A stretch of 62,679 bases of DNA, the filler included, from Diploschistes diacapsis (taxonomy: Eukaryota), in the NCBI GenBank assembly GCA_023645945.1. It is 10 parts of 10 records of this genome, joined end to end, with 100 filler letters (N's around TTAATTAATTAA, not from the genome) between each part and the next. Parts side by side here need not be neighbours in the genome. Positions count along the whole stretch, not along the records: positions 25,245 to 31,416 come from JALAIB010001426.1; positions 31,517 to 37,685 come from JALAIB010001427.1; positions 37,786 to 43,943 come from JALAIB010001428.1; 7 more parts are not named here. One strand, 5' to 3'. The notes below the pieces were generated by a model, which saw only the letters and a list, made by a program, of their open reading frames with translations, had not been told where the DNA came from and did not search any database. Positions 25,145 to 37,891 of the stretch are shown piece by piece. Positions within the stretch are counted from its first letter, which is position 1. The number at the start of each line of letters is the position of its first letter. Position numbers and translations under genes: made by a program.

Positions 25145-25244
25145 NNNNNNNNNNNNNNNNNNNNNNNNNNNNNNNNNNNNNNNNNNNNTTAATTAATTAA
25201 NNNNNNNNNNNNNNNNNNNNNNNNNNNNNNNNNNNNNNNNNNNN
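25145..25244. other. Artificial contig linker
   Basis: N44-TTAATTAATTAA-N44. Confidence 0.97.
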
Positions 25245-25797
25245 CTCAGCCCCCCACTCCCTCCTTCCACAGCCAGCCCACCCAGGGTATCCCCCTCCTC
25301 TCTTCCAACGGCGGCAAGGGAGAGGGAGAGCGCGGCGAGGAAAGCGGTGAGGAAGCGGAAAAGAAGGGCAAAACACAAGGCGCGCAGGGCAGACAAGCAG
25401 TTGATACTGTGGCAATAAGGCTATATAGATATTAATGATCCTAAGTAGCCTGAAGAGCGACGGATTAAGCTCTGAAAAAGAACTTTAAATTTTATGGAGA
25501 AAAGAACTTGTGTAAGAGCTGACTTAGCCGTGAGTGGCTTGCGGTACGAGTTAGCACGGCTAAGGCCCTCGGCTGCTGACTTCCCGAAACTCTCGCATTG
25601 CTCACGTCGTAGTACACACGAAACAACCTGAAGGGTGCTGACGATCTCCGGAGTGCATCACCACTCGAGCCTCGGGCCGAATGCTCGATATCCCTTACTT
25701 TTATGCTTAGGTGTCCCCATCAACTCCCGGCAAATGAGCGTTTTTCTCACATAGCACCTTTGCGACACCTTCCTCGGAACAGCTTGTTTCGGAAGAG

Positions 25798-27215
25798 ATG
25801 TCGACAAAAGTGATGGATCCAGTGAGGCGGAAGCAAATCTTACGAGTATTGTTCATATCCTTGTTACTTGATCTTGTAAGTCTTTTGCTAGCTTTTCAAT
25901 AGACCCTTCTAACAATGTCAGATCTCCTTTACCTTCATCCTTCCGCTCTTTCCCAAGCTCCTCGAATTCTATCGCAGCGTCGAAGTGTCGAGCGCGTCCT
26001 CCAATACACTGCTAAACCAAGTGCTGCAAGGCTTGAACGCGTACAAGCATGCATTTTCGAAACCAATCAGCGATAGATACGATGTTGTGCTACTTGGGGG
26101 GGCGATGGGATCTATGTTTTCTTTCTGCCAGGCTGTAGCCTCCCCGGTCATCGGGAGGCTGTCGGACAGGCATGGTCGGCGGACGGCCCTGCTCTGGTCA
26201 ATGGCCGGTAACATTGCCTCTGTCGCGCTTTGGGTTGCAGCTGTTGACTTCCGCACTTTCGTTGCTAGTCGAGTTGTGGGTGGTCTCAGTGAAGGCAACG
26301 TGCAGCTCGCAACAGCCATGGCGGCTGACATCAGTACCGACGAACAGCGAGGTTCCACCATGGCACTAGTCGGCGTTTGCTTCTCCATTGCCTTCACATT
26401 TGGCCCGGCACTGGGTGCAGCGTTAGCGAACATTAGCACATTTTCTTCGAATCCGTTCGCGACTGCAGCAGGTTTTTCGCTTTTTCTGATTGTTACGGAG
26501 ACCATATATCTCTATATCTCTCTGCCAGAAACGCTCGACCTGTCAGAAGTAGGTGGGAAAGATGACAAAAAAGACAAAACAACCAGTGCCGTTCGTACCA
26601 ATTCCCATATGTTGCTCAACTTTACACACTTCGCCTTTATCCTATTTTTCAGTGGCATGGAGTTCTCCTTACCATTCATGACATATGATCTCTTCGCCTA
26701 TACGTCTGGTCAAACAGGAAGAATGCTTGGGTATATGGGCATGATTGCCTCTCTGCTTCAAGGTGGTGTAACTCGGCGCATGCACCCGCTGCGAGTGGTC
26801 CAGACAGGGGTCGTAGCCTGCGCGGCAAGCTTCTTCCTTCTGGGTAGGATCAATACCGAGCGTGGTCTCTATGCTGCGGCAACTTTGCTCGCCGTCACGA
26901 CTGCGACAGTCGTGACGGGGCTCAACAGCTTGAGCAGCTTCGAAGCTCAACAAGGTGAAAGGGGCGGCAAGCTAGGCAACCATCGGAGCTGGGGTAAGTT
27001 CGTGCCCGAGTCCGTAACGATATGTCTCCTGCTAAACTTCCACAGGTCAGGTCGGGCGTGCACTCGGTCCGCTCCTTTTCTGTACGCTGTACTGGTGGGC
27101 AGGAAGAGATACCGCTTACATGGTCGGCGGTCTAGGGATGCTGGGTGTCTGTGGCATTGTATTTGGTGGTCTTAAAGCTCCCCCCCAGTCTTTGCTTGCG
27201 AAGAAAGTAGCTTGA
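25798..27215 (+). CDS. MFS transporter (DHA1/TetA-like, MFSD10-like)
   Basis: Exon 1 ends LFISLLLDL, intron about 25876-25921, then ISFTFILPLFP. Motif A is GRLSDRHGRR. A second intron at about 26994-27045 leads to GQVGRALGP..KKVA*. Confidence 0.88.
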
Positions 27216-27506
27216 TACGAATGTAATGTATAAATAAGCAGAGAACTGTTCACATTGTATGTACCTAGTCACAACTGATTTCACGACAAGGTTACCAGAT
27301 GAATAGTTAAATGTACTTCCGTAGTTGTAGAACCATTGTGCTGTAACGTGTTCTCCTCAGTTGTCCAACCATAACTTCAGGGAACGAAGGGTTTTCCATT
27401 CTATGTCGATACAGACTCGAGCATTCTAAAGACCTTTTACGTATCTAATTATGATGGTCTTAGATCTCCTCCCAAACACTTATCAGAAGTACTCGTAAGC
27501 TTTGCG

Positions 27507-28749
27507 ATGGCCCCCAGCCATGTTCTTAGGATCCCGCAAGGGGATAATCCAGATCAGTTCGCATTACTCAACGTGTCTCAGCATGCGGAAGATAGTCTCG
27601 ACTTGACACTGGAAGGCACCGAAGGCAACCTTCCTTTTGTAGGAAATAGTAGGTCCTCCCTCTGATTCCGTTCACCGCTGTCTGACGGATTACTTGAGTT
27701 CACCAGTCACGCTTATCCAAGCTCCTTGCAAAGAACAGTAAGGTCAGCTTGCCAGAATGGGAGGCTATTTTGTCCGAACAATTACTTCGACGTGAGACCA
27801 GCTCCGACGGCTTCAGTATAAGTAATGTCGAGCTTGTCGCGAACGTCGACAGTAACCAGATGGCGATTGCTTTCCGCAAGAACATTTCCGGCATTCATCA
27901 GCGGGTTGGCGAGATCGTGCTGAAGAAAGATGAACAGCATGAGATCGATGTTCTCTCTTGGGCATCCACCGCTGTTGCGCATGCTGCCTCCCTTGAGCAA
28001 CGAGTTTCGGAGCTCTCTAAGAAACTGAAGGCCCACGAGGATGCCGTCGACAAGCTACGCTCTCAGCTCGAAGAGTTACAGGAGGTGAAAAAAGCTGATG
28101 AGATGGCCTTGCTAAACAAGTTCTGCGAGACCCTAAACTATAAGAAAGCCAAGATTAGAGAACAGCAGTATCTACTTGCTACTGCAAAGATCGACAAAGC
28201 TAAAGGTGGCCGCTTGCAGCCCGATCAATGGCGATTCCATCGGCTGATGATGGAATAGCTTCCCAAATCCGAGCAGCTCGCACTTCGAGCAGACATCGCA
28301 AACCGTTGGTATCCCGAAAGCAGAAGCGCAAGCCCACCGAATCCGATTCCCCTTCGGAGTCCGGTTTCGAGAGCATGAGCGTCGACGGCGATAAGTCGAA
28401 CGAGAGCGATAACGACGCTTCTCGAGCGGACACACCGGACGAGGACACGGCTGACGACGTGAGCCTCGGTCCCGGCCAAGAAGAAGGTTCTGATGACCTC
28501 GACGCAAGCACCGCTGTGCAGCATCAACGAACTTCTACGCCATCCCACAGGGCTAAGGATGCGGATACAGCGCAAGCTGGAGGCAGTAAAGCAGGAGGAA
28601 CTACTCGAAACAAGACTCCACCAAAGAGAAACCTTCCCTTCACGGGTCATTTAGGGAATGAGCCAGGTAAAGCTGCTTCTGGAGAACAAGGTGGATCGGC
28701 GCGGGGAAGCTCTGCGACTACAGATGAGTCGTCTGACGACGAGCTTTAG
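27507..28749 (+). CDS. XRCC4: XRCC4/Lif1-like NHEJ factor
   Basis: N-terminal head (DLTLEGTEG..PF; FRKNISGIHQRVGEIVL), a coiled coil with LLNKFCETLNYKKAKIREQQ, and an acidic tail. Introns at about 27649-27700 and 28206-28258. Confidence 0.75.
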
Positions 28750-29335
28750 AGCGAAAGGTTGGATATAGAATGACAATCCGTGTTGATTGACGATTTGCAG
28801 TGCATGAGTGACCGACTGACGCTATGAGATCGTCAAATTGATTGTGGCATCTAGATTTCTTAACCGATAGAATACTCAAGCTCCCGAGAACCTTCTCTAA
28901 ATCCTTAAGCTACAAGAGATGAAGGCGGAATCTTTTTATAGTAGATGCTAAACAGCGTTGAAAGGCCCCAAGATTACCAAAAACCGGTCTCGTGGTCCCC
29001 CAGCGTCACAGTCTAATGAGCAGTCTAATTCTTCAATAGCGACGCTGCTTGCAAGGCGACCAACTCTATCCAATGTAAGCCCATGCCTTAGATCCTTAGT
29101 TTCAAGCCGATTACTCACGCTTCCTTTCCCAGGCAAGCATCTGATCTCAGTTTTCTGACTAAATCTGAGAACTGAGCGGGTAGGGCTGAGTGCATGGGAA
29201 AATGCTAGCTTTTCGGTCCGACTATCTCACCGAACATACCGCGTAAACAAACAAAACATCCGAAGCCCGTTGAGAACATCTTGAACGACCGTGAGACGTT
29301 ATTATCATCTCACCCGACAGTTTTTCTGCTTAGCC

Positions 29336-29732
29336 ATGGCATCGAATCATAAGCTATATCCTCGGGCGACCGTCAAGCGTATCATCAAAGCGCACTCGAA
29401 CAAGAAGCTGACCAAAAACGCCGACATATTGGTCTGTCCCTACGATCCAAACGACAACCGAACGCTACCTCACTAACTACACATCCTAGATCTTTCTCGA
29501 CTATATCCTGTTTATGCAATAGTATACCAACTCAGTGTGGCCTGTATCGGAATTTCACATTTCTGACTATGAGTAGTGTTATGCGCGAAGCCTCAATCCA
29601 CGCAAAGAAATCTGGGGAGCGGACAGTTACAGCTGGGGATGTAAGGAGGGTCACGGAGGTGGGAACACTTCACATGTGGTCCGAGGAGACTCTGACATCT
29701 ACAAGGGCAGTTTGAGAAAGTTCAAAGGCTGA
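29336..29732 (+). CDS. Small histone-fold protein, CENP-W/Wip1-like, 4 exons
   Basis: Spliced product MASNHKLYPRATVKRIIKAHSNKKLTKNADIL|IFLDYILFMQ|YVMREASIHAKKSGERTVTAGDVRRVTE|GSLRKFKG*. Introns at 29432-29489, 29522-29576 and 29659-29705. Confidence 0.8.
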
Positions 29733-30386
29733 TGATCTGCTTGCTGAGACAATGGCACAAGTACACTGTCCGGCTTCAAGCAACTGAGGCTAAACAGCAG
29801 TTGAGGGTCTGGAAGGGTGGGGTTCTTGAGAACCAGATCTGAAGCTGTCATTGCAGACAGGATCCTAGTAATCTAGGCGAATGCTGGCGCACGTACATCG
29901 ACATGGTACAAGTGCGCGTTAAAGGCTTCCAGCAACCAGCGCCCGAATAGAGATGCGCTTGGTCGAGAGCATCCTGAGGCTGGCGACGAAGGTGGATGTG
30001 AAAATGAAATTGTTTTTGTCGCTACTTTGAGGTATGCTAGGTCAGGAGCTGAGGTTCATGGTTATTAGATAAGAGAGTCGAGGTTGATTAGGAAATGCAC
30101 GGTTGCGGCGATCACAACTTGGGGTCCAACAACATGCGTTTTTAGTCGTCTGCTATGAAATCTACTTTTAGACAGGGTTGTGGAGTGATTTCAGTCACTG
30201 AGCCCCGTACATTGTGCTGGAACACACAGTGTTCAATATAAGTAGTATGTCTTTTCTAGTGGTATGATTTCGGCAACTTTGTTTTCGTACTTTTAACAGT
30301 GCAAGCGGCCTTATGAAGGGCTCTTACGCCTATATAGCGAAGGGAGCTACCCATCATTTATCTTTTGGCGCATATTCACGTATTCA

Positions 30387-31416
30387 ATGACCGACTTGCT
30401 TCATGTCCTGCCTGATTTTCCAGTCAAGCATTACACGCATTTGATACCGTCTCTAGAAAAACATCTCGTTACCACATCCGATCTTCTTACGCTCGATGCC
30501 TTGGAGATAGGAAAGCGCGCTCAGCTTCCACTTCTGGACCTACGACGGCTCATTAATGAAGTCATTTCTCAGCTCCATGGTCAATTGGGGTTTGATTCAA
30601 AAATTGCTGGAAAGGAGAAGGCTGGCCAGAAAGTTAGCAAGAACTTGAAGAACAACACCGAGCAAGAAGCTCTATATACGCCGGGTAGGAACCTTTCAAG
30701 CAGCTTGTCCACAATCAGCACGCTCGATCCAGGCCTGGACGCAGCTTTAGGTGGCGGCATACCAACGCGCTACATCACCGAAATAACCGGCGAGAGGTAC
30801 CCCTTCTTTTTTATTCCACACCGGTCCAGTCTTTCACTAATTCCCCCTTCAGTGGTGCCGGCAAAACTCAACTCCTCTTGATCCTCCTCCTCTCCGCTCA
30901 GCTGGCTCCACCTCACGGTCTCTCCCGGCCGACCATCTATATCTCAACTGAACACCCTCTTCCCACCACGCGCTTGCGCCAACTCCTTTCCACCAACCCT
31001 CTCCTCTCCTCCCACCAGAATGGCCACCCCACATCATCCCTATCCCGCATCCTCTCCATCCAATGCCCCGACCTCGAAAGCCAGGACCACATCCTCACGT
31101 ACCAGCTCCCCGTCGCCCTGTCCAAACAAAACATCGGCCTCGTCGTCATAGACAGCATAGCCGCCAACTACCGCGCCGAAGCCGACCTCTCCGCACCCAC
31201 GCCCAGCGTCGCCGCGACGAGAGCCAGCGCCAAGAGCCTCGCCGTGCGCGCCACCGACCTCGTCCGCACAGGCGCCCTCCTCCGCGATCTAGCGCGGCGC
31301 CACGACTGCGCCATTGTTGTAGCAAACCAGGTCGCCGACCGCATCGAGCGCGCCCTTCCTCTTTCCCATCCCTTTTTCCGTCCCCATCTGCGTCCCAGCC
31401 CCAGCCCCAGCCCCAG
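30387..31416 (+). CDS. RAD57: Rad51 paralog Rad57 (XRCC3-like); 3' truncated by the contig end
   Basis: MTDLLHVLPDF, LDAALGGGIP, Walker A ITGE|SGAGKTQ across an intron at about 30797-30851, Walker B LVVIDS, and VVANQV. Confidence 0.88.
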
Positions 31417-31516
31417 NNNNNNNNNNNNNNNNNNNNNNNNNNNNNNNNNNNNNNNNNNNNTTAATTAATTAANNNNNNNNNNNNNNNNNNNNNNNNNNNN
31501 NNNNNNNNNNNNNNNN
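31417..31516. other. Artificial contig linker
   Basis: N44-TTAATTAATTAA-N44. Confidence 0.97.
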
Positions 31517-31999
31517 GTTGATATATAGGCCAAAAGCATTTTAAATTAACGTATAAAATAATAATTTTTAAAACCGAGATTAATATACTTCGTACGGCAA
31601 ATAAGGCATTTAATAAACGAAAAAGAATTAAAAAACGCGCGTACGAGCTGAAAAATCATCTAACGTATTAGAAATAATCGTATTATCGTCTTTAAAAATC
31701 GAAATTCGTATAAAAAAGGCTAATATATCTAAAAATAAGAATCGTACGAAAGAAATCGGATTACGCGTACGACGTTATAATAAATATAATTAATCCGGGT
31801 TTAATACGCGAACTTACGAAATAGAATCTATAACTTCTAAAAAAGATACTGATAATTAATATAATGAACTATCGTACGAATTAATTGCGTAAATATAATT
31901 ACAACTCGTACGAATCGAGAAGGGTGTCCGCTCGCTATAAGTGTCCGCTCGCTATAAGTGTCCGCTCGCTATAAGTGTCCGCTCGCTATGCATATACGT
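31517..31999 (+). mobile_element. RIP-like mutated Fot1/pogo (Tc1-mariner) DNA transposon, 3' end with right TIR
   Basis: Degenerate transposase C-terminus: LRTANKAFNKRKRIKK and RRYNKYN*SGFNTRTYE, the latter a mutated CxxC..GHN.RTC knuckle. The terminus ends in ACGT (31996-31999) followed by TA. Confidence 0.75.
31924..31989. repeat. 17-bp tandem repeat GTGTCCGCTCGCTATAA, about 3.9 copies (TIR-internal repeats)
   Basis: Directly visible next to the ACGT-TA terminus. Confidence 0.92.
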
Positions 32000-32208
32000 T
32001 AAGCAATAAATAAATAAATTAAGGTTTTCGAAATACCTGATCGTCCATATAAATTTATATGATGTAATAAGTATTCCCGGAAAATCCAACACATCTATAA
32101 ATTACAGGTGCTCCACAAGGCAGAATAACACTTCCCCAATGTGGCAGCAAGGCCGTTTATTTTTCCATACTATACAGTATGCACAGACAGGAGGAAGCCG
32201 AGGCTTGA

Positions 32209-35200
32209 TTACTTGGTTACTGCGGCTCCTTGATTGAGCGCAAGTGACCGCCCCAGGCTCAGAGCAGGAGGCAGAGTAGTATTACGGCCCAAACCCTCGA
32301 GCACTGGAGTTTGGGGCCGTTCCAGAGCTGCTTTCTCGAGAGTCTCATTATAGAAATTTTCCAGCGCGGCTACATCTGCGCAAAAAGCTTCCATCTCGTC
32401 TTTGATGCTTTCGGGTGTAATTGGGTCCGTCTTCGCCATTCCGGGTCCGACATCTGGAATCGCACGTATTATAGGCGAAGCGCCCAGTGACGTGCGAGGC
32501 GAAGGAGCCAGATTGCGGAAAGGGGCTAAAGCTCGAGGTTTGTAGTCCGCGATGTCTGCGGACTCAGCTGCGTTGTTCGCAACCCAGTTTGCTACCTTCC
32601 CTGTAGCTCCTCTATTATTGAAGAGCCTGTTCGCCAGCAAGAGAAAGTCGCCTTCATCGGTAATCTGAGCTAGTAGTACACCTTGACGCGAGATGTACTG
32701 AGGATACTGGTAGTCTGGTTTCCCCCAAGAATATGAAACGTCTACGCAGGCTGGAAAATCTTTCGCTGCTTCCATATCGAGCACAAAGTTGAATTTTCTT
32801 AGCAAAGCTTTCTGGTATGGGTGGTCCTTCACAAGACGAGGTCTTAAAGATGCCGTGTCAGATAATCCAGGCAATAGGCTGTTCGGAGGCTTCTTCGCAA
32901 GCCTAACGATGTACGGACTCCGAAAGGCGTGCAGTTCCTTGACTTTCGAAGCTTCGCTTATTGGAAGCTCAACAAGGCGTAAGCCATGCCGCTCCGCTGC
33001 CGAAGCCCAGGTTGTGATAGCATCCTCGATAAGCTTTGGCGTCACGTTCAACCAATCGATGCGGACATGATAGCAGTCGTCAGCAGAAGAAATTCTATCG
33101 TAATGCAGATCGAAAACCTCTCGTCTGTAGGAGTTCTGTCTCCGGTCTGCATCGTAGAGAAGTTTCTTTGAAAGAATCACTTTTGTCCTATGACCCTTCT
33201 CTGTTGGTGTCGTCGATCCGGCGTCCGAAGCACTGTCATCGTTAGGCTGAGAGTAAATTTCACCGGCGCTGCTCTTAGACTCTTCTACGGTAGGTGTTGA
33301 AGGCACTGATGAAAGGCGATGAAACCAGCTGCTCCGGTTTTCTGCTCTCGGAATCCTATATTCGGGGCTTATCTGGTAGAAGAAATTACCGTCCCGAAAG
33401 TTGTGTCGCTTCTCAACGTGCACGAATAACCCCTTAATCATGATCATGTTACCTAACTCAACAGCTTCTTCCCGCGAGTCAACGTCTCTGAAGTTCTCAA
33501 GCAGCCAAGTAACCAATTCGATACCAATAAAGCAATTGTAGTGGAGTCTCCAATGCCAGAGACGGTCCTGCATGCGTATCCCACGTTCTCCCTGGAGCAC
33601 TTGTGCAAGTAGAGCTATATTGAGACTAGATTGGTCCAACAGTTCACTCTCAGGCAGCAAGCCTTTCGGTTGTCTGTCATTCATTCCAGAGCTTAAATAA
33701 GATTCATGGAGTTCCGACGCTACAACTTCAGAAGCACTTCGTGTTCTAAAAATGATGTCCAACGGGTTGAGGTCCTCAACCTTGCGCTTCGACACAGGTG
33801 GCTGATCGTTTATGTTAATTGTCTGTCTGTTACGTTGCCATAGTTGAGTTAACTTATATATGCCCTCCAGGCGAGTCTCCTCATCATTGTCTTCGTTCAG
33901 ATCTGCGGCAGTCCGTTTAGCATTCGTTGAGCATTGAACAGGTATGAAGACAAAGCGTGCTCGCCAAAACTTCGGAGGGTCAGTATAATTACTCGACTGA
34001 CGCTCCTCGTGCCCGGCTATAAAAGTATCTAGCCTTCTCCAATTAGTAGGCTGTCTTGGAGGAAACATTTGAATCCTGCGAGGCTCGTATGTCGTACTAA
34101 GAGGAGTACGAATACTAGCTTCGTAATAACCATACGAAGTTGCCTTCGACGTTATGGTCGAGTCGTTTGTACTTGGCCGCCTCAAGAACAACTTCACTTC
34201 AACGGTACCTTCTTCAAGCAATTTCAACTGATGAATCTGCGTGCCTCTGGACATGTAAATTAAAGCGCCCACTTGGTGAAGACTTTTTCCATCAAAGACA
34301 TCAAACTTGCAGAGTGCCGCATCCTCAAAGACTGACATGATATATTTGCCAACGATTACTTGAAATCCATGAGAGAATCTTGCACTGATTAGTTCCCTGA
34401 TGAGCCAATTCTGACTTTTCGGCTCATCGGTGAGGACGGTAGAAGAAGGCGATAGTTGATACGTGTCCAAGTCAAAGGGCGATGGATCGCACTGTGGGGG
34501 TCCTTCAGTTGTGAGGGGTATAGAAGCTGGGGAACAAAGTGATTTCCACTTGATAGTTGATGTATGAAGCGGTCGAGGGAAAACATGATGCCATCTTCCA
34601 AGCCGGGCAGTAGGATCAGGAGATATTAAGCTCGGATTAGAGGGGTTCAATACAGTCATCCACGGTGCAACAATCTTTGATAGTGAGACAAATTTCGCTC
34701 TCGAATATGAAGCAAGGTCAAATTCTGAAATTGGTGTTTTTGACGCGTGAGGCTGTCTCTGTCGAGGTTTCAAGTTTTCTTCACTTCTCACGGACGACAT
34801 TAAGTTCTTATTGTAGTGCTTGATTTCAATAGGTTTGGAATGTTGCTCTGTTTTACTGTCGCTTGATCCCCCAGAATCAACGACTGCGGACACTCTGACA
34901 GGTCCAGCGGTGTTGTGTTGACCATTTCTCTCCTTGTTAGCTATGATACTTGTCTGTAACAACGGCATTCGATCCAATTCGCGTTTGAGCAGAGACCCAC
35001 GATGGGCAACCTCGGAAGTAACCTCGGTCACTGGCATGGCTTTCAGCGCACCATTGCCGAAACCACGGAACCCGAAGTTACTTTGACCTGATACTTTCAC
35101 TGTCTTAGAGCCATGGAGAAAAAGTCGGGAAGAACTGCTCGCTGAGCTGCTTTTACGACTATTCTGGTCAGGCCGAGAGGTTCTTGCCGTCATATGCTCT

Positions 35201-37496
35201 ACCAAGGTAGTCGTGTTACCAAGTGATACTTCATCAGCAGAACCGCCTTGACGTCGTGGTGGGCAAGATGATGCGCTAAACATCGTTTCTTGCTTCGGAG
35301 TTGAACGACTCGTCTGTATCCTTTGTAGAGGCATATCTGATAGACCGGTCTTCATCGAGGTTCTAAATAGTCCGTCGTCGTAGTCATCCATCCAGTGGAT
35401 CATTGAGCTCAACGATCCGACATTGCTCAAGGACAATGGTGATTTAGGAGAAAAAGAAGTAGACGAAAGGTCTAAAGTACGTGGGTGAGGATCATCGCTT
35501 TTGTAAAAGGAGGAACTTAGGCTAGATATTGATTCGGCAGGTTGCAGACTGCCGGATTTGGCCCTGTTATTGTTTCGTACCAGGTACAGATGTAGCATCG
35601 ACAGATAAGGAATACTTATGCTGCTAATTCCATTCTCCATGACTCCCATCATCTGTACCTCGTACATTCTTACTCTTGGAACAAAGGATTGGAGCCAGAA
35701 ATGGGGAGAACCTCGAACGCACGAAATCTCCTTAACTGATGATGGTCCTGGGTTGTTCCAAAACGATACGTCTACCCAGTGTGGGATTGCGTAATGCCAT
35801 TCCTCGACCTCATGCTCCAGACTGGAACACTTTCTCTCGGCCTGTGGAGCGACTGGAGCATTGGGTATGCGAATCCCCCGGGTGGCTTTACTATCCGCCA
35901 TACTAGCTGTGATTTCGGTATTTGGAACAATCTGCTCTCCGGAGCCCAAGGACTGTACTAGCTTTTTGTTCTTATACTTGAACAGCGGTATTGAATGCAG
36001 AGGCATCCGCGAGAGACAAACTAAGTCTATGCTAACGCCGTTTTCGATCAGCAAATCAGTAGTCAAGCGAAGTAGGTCCGCCTCAACTTCAAAGATGCCA
36101 GTACCAGGTGTTATAACGACAATAGAGAGACCTGTGCGCACAAGATCTCGATCAATATAATCTTCAGAGAACTGAGAAGATGCTAGGTTAATGGCCTCCA
36201 GGATATTTCCTCGTGCAGCTGGAGCCGGCTTTCCTGCAACAATGTCCGTAGTTTTTGCATCCTCCGTAAAGAACCTGTCTGGAGTACCCAACAGTGGCTC
36301 CAGAACAGAAACCGGCTGAATGGAGATGTCACGGAGAAAATCTTTAAAGTCTCTTTTGAGTTGGGTCAAGATTGCTCCCCATTGTCCAGAAGCCATGTCG
36401 CTTACGAGCACTCGATAGAAGTCTCTGTAAACAGGAGCCTCGGGGCTAGACGAGGGCGTGTGCAGTTCCCTTTCTTTCTCTATTGTGGGGGGTTTGTGCG
36501 CAAAATGCTTATCGTATTCCATCCTTGTGAATAGTATTATAGTTAACAGGTGGCGAGCGCCAATGGCCTGCCATCGGGTGAAAAGCTCTGGAAGAAAGCC
36601 ACCGATAACCTTGTTAAACATGATTTCTCCGCTACCTTCGGGCTCAAATTCCCACATCTCCTTTGACATTTGAATGAACACCACATACTGTGCAGACTCA
36701 GATCTGAAAATAGGCTTGGTGCCGACACCAAAGAAGGCCGACGGCACCTTCCGTCCATGATGGTATATTGACTTGATTTGAGCCTTGACGCTATTGAGAA
36801 AAAGAAGTCTCTGGCCTCTGTACATGGGTTGATCTGCCAATTCTGATGTGACTATGCGCCACATATCCGCCCGAGTGAGATAGGCATCGCGGAATGCAAT
36901 CTCGATGTGGGAAGCAACGTGTGTTCCCTTGATGACCTAGGTTTTTGTTGGTTAACCATGACCGAGAAGCTGTATAAACTTGGTTTTCACCTTAAAGACA
37001 TCTACCGTGCTTCGATTCATAAATCCGAGAGCAGAAGCAATGTGGTGAGATATCGATACCTGTCGCTGCCTAAGCTTCTACCTGGAAATTGTAAGTCCTT
37101 AGGAGTACCTGTAGATTCTGATGTTTTGCACGAAGCTCTGCCGACAACGGTTCAGCCTTGAACACATAGGATATCTCACCATGCTTGGCTAATTCCAGTC
37201 AGATGAAGAGGTTGGAAGTTTGTCGCAAACTTACCCAATGCATTCGATTTAATTTTCTGGGCCGTCTCAGGTTTAACATTGAACTTATTCTTTCCCCATC
37301 CTGGGTGGATTGAGTTGATCGCGGTAGCTATTCGGAGTTGACTTCCAATTGAGATATCCCACGATGCAAGCAAGAGATCGTTAACAAGCACATCATGACG
37401 AGAGAAATGTTCATCATGAGTTTCCAACGTGCACCTCTGTAACACCTGGACGGAGGCTTTGTTGCTTGTAGAATCCATCGGCAACGCTCCGCGCAT
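32209..37496 (-). CDS. IML1: GATOR1/SEACIT subunit Iml1 (DEPDC5 ortholog)
   Basis: FRDAYLTRADMWR, FRSESA..FIQMSKEMWEF, GNILEAINLA, WKSLCSPASIPLT and a DEP domain (HWRLHYNCFIGIELVTWL..FRDGNFFY). Three short 5' introns lie between 36938 and 37235. Confidence 0.93.
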
Positions 37497-37647
37497 GTGA
37501 TTGTCCTATTCCATTATGAGCTTGTGCTGGAGTTTTGATAACGCGATAAGAATCTGAAGTAACTATTCCTATGGAAATTACGACTGAATATCATTTATCG
37601 GTAGCTTCCATTTACAGAGGCCAAGCTCACTTATTTATTCCACAAAT

Positions 37648-37674
37648 CACACTTACACACTTACACACTTACAC
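37648..37674. repeat. Microsatellite (ACACACTT)n
   Basis: cacacttacacacttacacacttacac near the contig end. Confidence 0.7.
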
Positions 37675-37685
37675 CTACCCTTCCC

Positions 37686-37785
37686 NNNNNNNNNNNNNNN
37701 NNNNNNNNNNNNNNNNNNNNNNNNNNNNNTTAATTAATTAANNNNNNNNNNNNNNNNNNNNNNNNNNNNNNNNNNNNNNNNNNNN
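37686..37785. other. Artificial contig linker
   Basis: N44-TTAATTAATTAA-N44. Confidence 0.97.
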
Positions 37786-37891
37786 CCCCCTACCCTCTCT
37801 CCCATCTGCGTTGCTCTGCGCCCTGCTCCGCCCATCTCTCCTTCTCGCCCCCTACGATCACAATCGCCATCACCATCGCCACCACCATCCA

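Noticed and set aside
28950..29200. RNase MRP/P RNA suggested by TTGAAAGGCCCC
   Set aside because: I found no convincing complementary P4/CR-V partner by eye. It would need an Rfam covariance search.
31924..31989. 17-bp repeats as a CRISPR array
   Set aside because: There are no spacers, the context is eukaryotic, and transposon TIR repeats explain them.
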